Assembly (NCBI GenBank): GCA_964420405.1
Contig: CAYQTL010000003.1
Coordinates: 73,154 to 137,153, forward strand
Direction: 5' to 3'
DNA length: 64,000 bases
From: an uncultured Thermoanaerobaculia bacterium
GTDB lineage: Bacteria > Acidobacteriota > Thermoanaerobaculia > Thermoanaerobaculales > Sulfomarinibacteraceae
Part shown: one piece after another, positions 60,952 to 64,000 of the stretch
How positions within the stretch are numbered: the stretch's first letter is position 1
How the letters are laid out: each line of letters begins with the position of its first letter
Made by a program: the position numbers and the translations under genes
The notes under the pieces: generated by a model
The model's input: the letters and a program-made list of their open reading frames with translations, nothing else
The model's database searches: none
What the model was told of the DNA's origin: nothing

Positions 60952-61214
60952 GGACGGATGCTACCAGGAGCCCCGGTCTCCGATCCCGTTCCCGACGCCC
61001 GACCCGCGGCGTGGTCCGCAGGTCGCGGAACCCGGCGCTGCGGCGCCCGACCTCCCGAAGCAGCAGGTCGCCACCTTCACACCCTCACACCGTCCCCACC
61101 GTGGCACTCGGACACATGTCCCGCGCCGGGATCGGGACGCCACGAAGAAGCCCCGCGGCGCGCACGCCGCGGGGCTCCGTCGCACGGGGGGTGAGCCCGT
61201 TCACACGCGGTCTG

Positions 61215-61982
61215 TCAGCCCTGGTTGATCCGGATCGACCCGTTGACGGTCTCGATCGAGATCTCGGCCCCGCCGCCGCCGACCGTGCCGCGGAGGTCGC
61301 GGCCGACGTACGTGCCCTTGTGGACCGGCAACCCGAAGTCGTTCCGGATCGAGCCGTTGACGGTCTCCACGTCGAGGTCGGCACCGACGCCCGGTGCCAG
61401 GAACAGCTCGATCCGGCCGTTGACGGAGTCGAGCTCCACCTCGTCTCCGGGAGCGAGCACATCGAGACGGACGTCGATCGTCCCGTTGACGGTCTCCAGG
61501 ACGATCGGCGGACGCACACCCTCCAGCTCGATGTCCCCGTTGACGCTGTCGACCTCGACGCCCCCTTCGACGCCGACCACCCGGAGGTTGCCGTTGATCA
61601 GGTCGAAGCCGTCGATCTCGGCGCCTCGCGGGACCGTCAGGCTGTACTCCACCTCGCTGTGGCCGCGCTCGCCGGCGCCGACACCGCGGGACGACGGGTA
61701 CTCGGTCCGGATGCGCAGGTCGCGGTCGCTCGCGTCGACCTCGATCCTGAGGTCCCGCAGTCGGTCGGCGTCGCTCGCCCGCTTGACCGCCCACACCCGC
61801 ACCTCGGCGTTGTCCCATACCTCGACGGTGACGTCGCCGTTGATGTTGTCCAGCGAGATCCGCCCGTCCCGCGCGAGCGGGTAGGTCCGGTCGAAGGTCT
61901 CCTCCACCTGGGCGAGGGCGATCCCCGCCGCGCCGATCACCAGCACCGCCACCGCGGCCGAGAGGCGACTCCTGAGGGTCAT
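61215..61982 (-). CDS. DUF4097-like repeat protein (putative adhesin fold)
   Basis: Signal LSAAVAVLVIGAAGIALA. Recurrent VNG[DS]I / NG[NR][IL] beta-strand repeats (INGDVTVEV, VNGDIELEG, VNGTIDVRL, VNGRIELFL, VNGSIRND, VNGSIRIN). AAGGAG 9 nt before ATG 61982. Confidence 0.75.
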   Translation of the reverse strand: MTLRSRLSAAVAVLVIGAAGIALAQVEETFDRTYPLARDGRISLDNINGDVTVEVWDNAEVRVWAVKRASDADRLRDLRIEVDASDRDLRIRTEYPSSRGVGAGERGHSEVEYSLTVPRGAEIDGFDLINGNLRVVGVEGGVEVDSVNGDIELEGVRPPIVLETVNGTIDVRLDVLAPGDEVELDSVNGRIELFLAPGVGADLDVETVNGSIRNDFGLPVHKGTYVGRDLRGTVGGGGAEISIETVNGSIRINQG

Positions 61983-62254
61983 GGTCGAGCTCCTTTCCGT
62001 CCTCATGCCCCTTCGATGCCGGAGACGAGCCCAGGGTTGAAAGGCGCCCGGCGCAGCCGAGAAACGGCATCGCTCCGACCCGCGGCAGGCGACCATCCGC
62101 CGCACCCGTCCCGTTCCCGAACCCGCGCCCGAGCGAGGTCCTCCAGTCGCGGCAGCTTCTCACCGCAGAGGCGGGGGTACTGAGGGGCCATGCGCCACGC
62201 CTGCCCGGCGACCCTGCCGCTGGGGCCTGTCGCTGTCGCTGACACACCGCCACC

Positions 62255-62283
62255 ATCGGGATCGGAATCGGGATCGGAATCGG
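62255..62283. repeat. (GGGATC/GGAATC)n hexamer array
   Basis: atcgggatcggaatcgggatcggaatcgg, in the divergent spacer between the DUF4097-like and FKBP genes. Confidence 0.9.
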
Positions 62284-62366
62284 AGGCGCGGAGACGGCGA
62301 CACGCGGCCCGGCCTCCGGTGGCCCCCGGTTGCGCGCCGACCGCCGTCGCGGTAGCCTCCGCAGCC

Positions 62367-63164
62367 ATGAGAAACCGCACTCTCGCGACGCTCGCCTGCC
62401 TGCTTCTCGCCACCGCCGCACTCGCCGGCGACCCGATCCCGGCGCCGGCCGACGTCGAAGCCCCGCCCGAGGACGCCGAGGTGACGGCCTCCGGCCTCGC
62501 CTCCAAGGTGCTCGAGGAGGGCGACGGCGACGTGCATCCCGGCCCGAGCGACGCCGTCACCGTCCACTACACGGGATGGACGACCGACGGGAAGATGTTC
62601 GACTCGTCCGTCCAGCGCGGGCAGCCCGCGACGTTTCCGCTCAACCGTGTCATCGCCGGCTGGACCGAGGGCCTCCAGCTGATGGTCGAGGGCGAGACGC
62701 GGCGGATCTGGATTCCCGAGGAGCTCGCCTACAAGGGCCAGCCGGGCCGGCCCGCCGGGATGCTGGTCTTCGACGTCGAGCTGCTCGAGATCCACACCGC
62801 ACCGAAGGCACCGGCCGACGTCGCCGCACCGCCGGAGGACGCCGCGGTCACGAAGAGCGGTCTCGCGTCGAAGGTGATCGCGAAGGGGACCGGCACCGGA
62901 CACCCGAAGGCGTCGAGCCGCGTCACCGTCCACTACACCGGCTGGACCACCGACGGCGAGATGTTCGACTCGTCGATCACCCGGGGCAAGCCTGCGACCT
63001 TCCCCCTCAACCGGGTGATCGCCGGCTGGACCGAGGGCCTGCAGCTGATGGTCGTCGGCGAGACGCGCCGCTTCTGGATCCCCGAGGAGCTCGCCTACGA
63101 AGGCCGACCCGGCGCACCGCAGGGAATGCTGGTGTTCGACGTCGAGCTGCTGTCGTTCGAGTAG
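62367..63164 (+). CDS. Secreted tandem-domain FKBP-type peptidyl-prolyl isomerase
   Basis: Two FKBP domains (VTVHYTGWTTDG[KE]MFDSS..FPLNRVIAGWTEGLQLM..LVFDVELL, twice). Signal MRNRTLATLACLLLATAALAG. ATG 8 nt after TAGCCT (62353-62358). Confidence 0.88.
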   Translation: MRNRTLATLACLLLATAALAGDPIPAPADVEAPPEDAEVTASGLASKVLEEGDGDVHPGPSDAVTVHYTGWTTDGKMFDSSVQRGQPATFPLNRVIAGWTEGLQLMVEGETRRIWIPEELAYKGQPGRPAGMLVFDVELLEIHTAPKAPADVAAPPEDAAVTKSGLASKVIAKGTGTGHPKASSRVTVHYTGWTTDGEMFDSSITRGKPATFPLNRVIAGWTEGLQLMVVGETRRFWIPEELAYEGRPGAPQGMLVFDVELLSFE

Positions 63165-63184
63165 CCGGCCCCGCCGGAACCGCC

Positions 63185-63574
63185 ATGGCCGACCTTGACG
63201 ACGTCCTGGTGGTGGAGGACAACCCGCAGAACCTCGAGCTGGTGACCTACCTGCTCGAAGAGGCCGGGATCCGCGTCCGTTCGGCGGGGGACGCGGGCAC
63301 GACCCATCTCGTCCTCGCCGCCGGCCTGCCCGATGCGGTCCTGATGGACATGCAGCTCCCGGGAACCGACGGCCTCGGGTTGGTGGCCCGGCTGCGGGCC
63401 GACCCACGGACCGCCCACCTGCCCATCATCGCGCTCACCGCCCACGCCATGCGCGGCGACCGCGAGCGCTTCCTCGCGGGCGGCTGCGACGGCTACCTCG
63501 CCAAGCCGATCGACACCGCCACCTTCGTCGACGACGTCCGCCGGCTCGTCGCCGAGGTGCGCCGCCGCCGCTGA
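63185..63574 (+). CDS. Single-domain response regulator (CheY-like)
   Basis: VLVVEDNPQN, AVLMDMQLPGTDG, IIALTAHAM and GYLAKPID receiver motifs. 129 aa. Confidence 0.88.
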   Translation: MADLDDVLVVEDNPQNLELVTYLLEEAGIRVRSAGDAGTTHLVLAAGLPDAVLMDMQLPGTDGLGLVARLRADPRTAHLPIIALTAHAMRGDRERFLAGGCDGYLAKPIDTATFVDDVRRLVAEVRRRR

Positions 63575-63601
63575 GCCCCGCGCTCCTGGTCACGATCGCG
63601 G

Positions 63602-63624
63602 CCCGTTCCGATCCCGATCCCGAG
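63602..63624. repeat. (CCCGAT)n hexamer array
   Basis: cccgttccgatcccgatcccgag. Inverted relative to 63710-63742. Confidence 0.9.
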
Positions 63625-63709
63625 GGGGACGATGTGATCGGCGACGGCGAACGGGCCGGTCAGCACTGTCCGACTCGAACCGCACCACCGGTGCGCATTC
63701 CTGCGCGGC

Positions 63710-63742
63710 ATCGGGATCGGGATCGGGATCGGGATCGGATCG
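63710..63742. repeat. (GGGATC)n hexamer array, about 5 units
   Basis: atcgggatcgggatcgggatcgggatcggatcg, read directly. Confidence 0.95.
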
Positions 63743-63812
63743 ACTGACCGGCCCGCCTCTCCGCGTGCGGTCGACCCGGCGTGCAGACGCGGTTCGGCTA
63801 GCATGGTTGGCG

Positions 63813-64000
63813 ATGGCCGAGCCCCGCGACCCCCCGCCGTCGTCCCGCCACGAGATGGTGCGGCTGCTGCGGTGGCCGCTGCTGCTGCTCGCCGTGGTCG
63901 TCCTCGCCGCGCTGCTGGCGATGCGGGCATGCTGGACCGTGGAGCGGGGCGGCGACGCCGCCGCGGGCGCGGTGGACGCCGCCGGCGCCAGGGTCGCCGA
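63813..64000 (+). CDS. Partial membrane protein (5-prime end only)
   Basis: ATG 63813 lies 8 nt after TAGCAT (63799-63804). Encodes MAEPRDPPPSSRHEMVRLLRWPLLLLAVVVLAALLAM.. and runs off the window. Not in the ORF track because it is open-ended. Confidence 0.4.
   Translation, partial: MAEPRDPPPSSRHEMVRLLRWPLLLLAVVVLAALLAMRACWTVERGGDAAAGAVDAAGARVA

Noticed and set aside
1-64000. tRNA, rRNA, tmRNA, integrase, transposase or phage genes as markers for the accessory region
   Set aside because: I found no cloverleaf-like or T-loop (GGTTCGAATCC-type) sequence in the intergenic regions. No ORF showed recombinase or transposase motifs. This absence is based on reading by eye and should be confirmed with tRNAscan or Infernal and HMM searches.

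Overview
64-kb, very GC-rich bacterial chromosome segment. Hand counts give about 45/60 G+C in housekeeping lines. The organism looks diderm (intact LpxC domain, GT9 heptosyltransferase remnant), but the phylum cannot be determined from sequence alone. I support 56 protein-coding genes and one pseudogene. I saw no rRNA, tRNA, CRISPR array, transposase or integrase. Most long ORFs in the six-frame track are Arg/Pro/Gly/Ala-rich shadows of the real frame and were discarded. Real genes were chosen by ordinary residue composition, recognisable motifs, and start context (GGAGG-type SD, GTGA/ATGA stop-start overlaps, or a TAnnnT box just upstream).

Gene content is mainly housekeeping:
- rpmB-rpmG, maf, rsmD, an RluD-like synthase, a TrmO-like enzyme and an RNB exoribonuclease
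- pncA-pncB and a three-subunit xanthine-dehydrogenase-family enzyme
- M14 and M20 peptidases, a cell-wall amidase, and a DHH-CBS-CCA nucleotidyltransferase
- signalling genes: histidine kinases, response regulators, an ECF sigma/anti-sigma pair, and an FHA-GAF-PP2C phosphatase with an RsbW-like kinase

Most interesting observations:
1. A repeat-laden accessory region lies at about 52.2-57.1 kb. A visibly lower-GC two-gene cassette is bracketed by two MITE-like elements and nested inside a perfect 221-bp direct repeat. The cassette encodes a 94-aa Cys-rich secreted mini-protein with textbook promoter and SD, plus an 812-aa secreted protein with multiple CarboxypepD_reg-like domains. A truncated GT9 gene sits beside it.
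2. A receiver-domain::LpxC fusion.
3. A flavin-dependent-halogenase-like gene translationally coupled to a partner-switching module.
4. GGGATC/CCGATC hexamer arrays and other short modules that occur only in intergenic spacers.
5. Thirteen apparent leaderless starts.
6. A eukaryote-type tandem PFK and a PGK-fold protein with eroded substrate motifs.

All family calls are motif recognition by eye. No database search was run.
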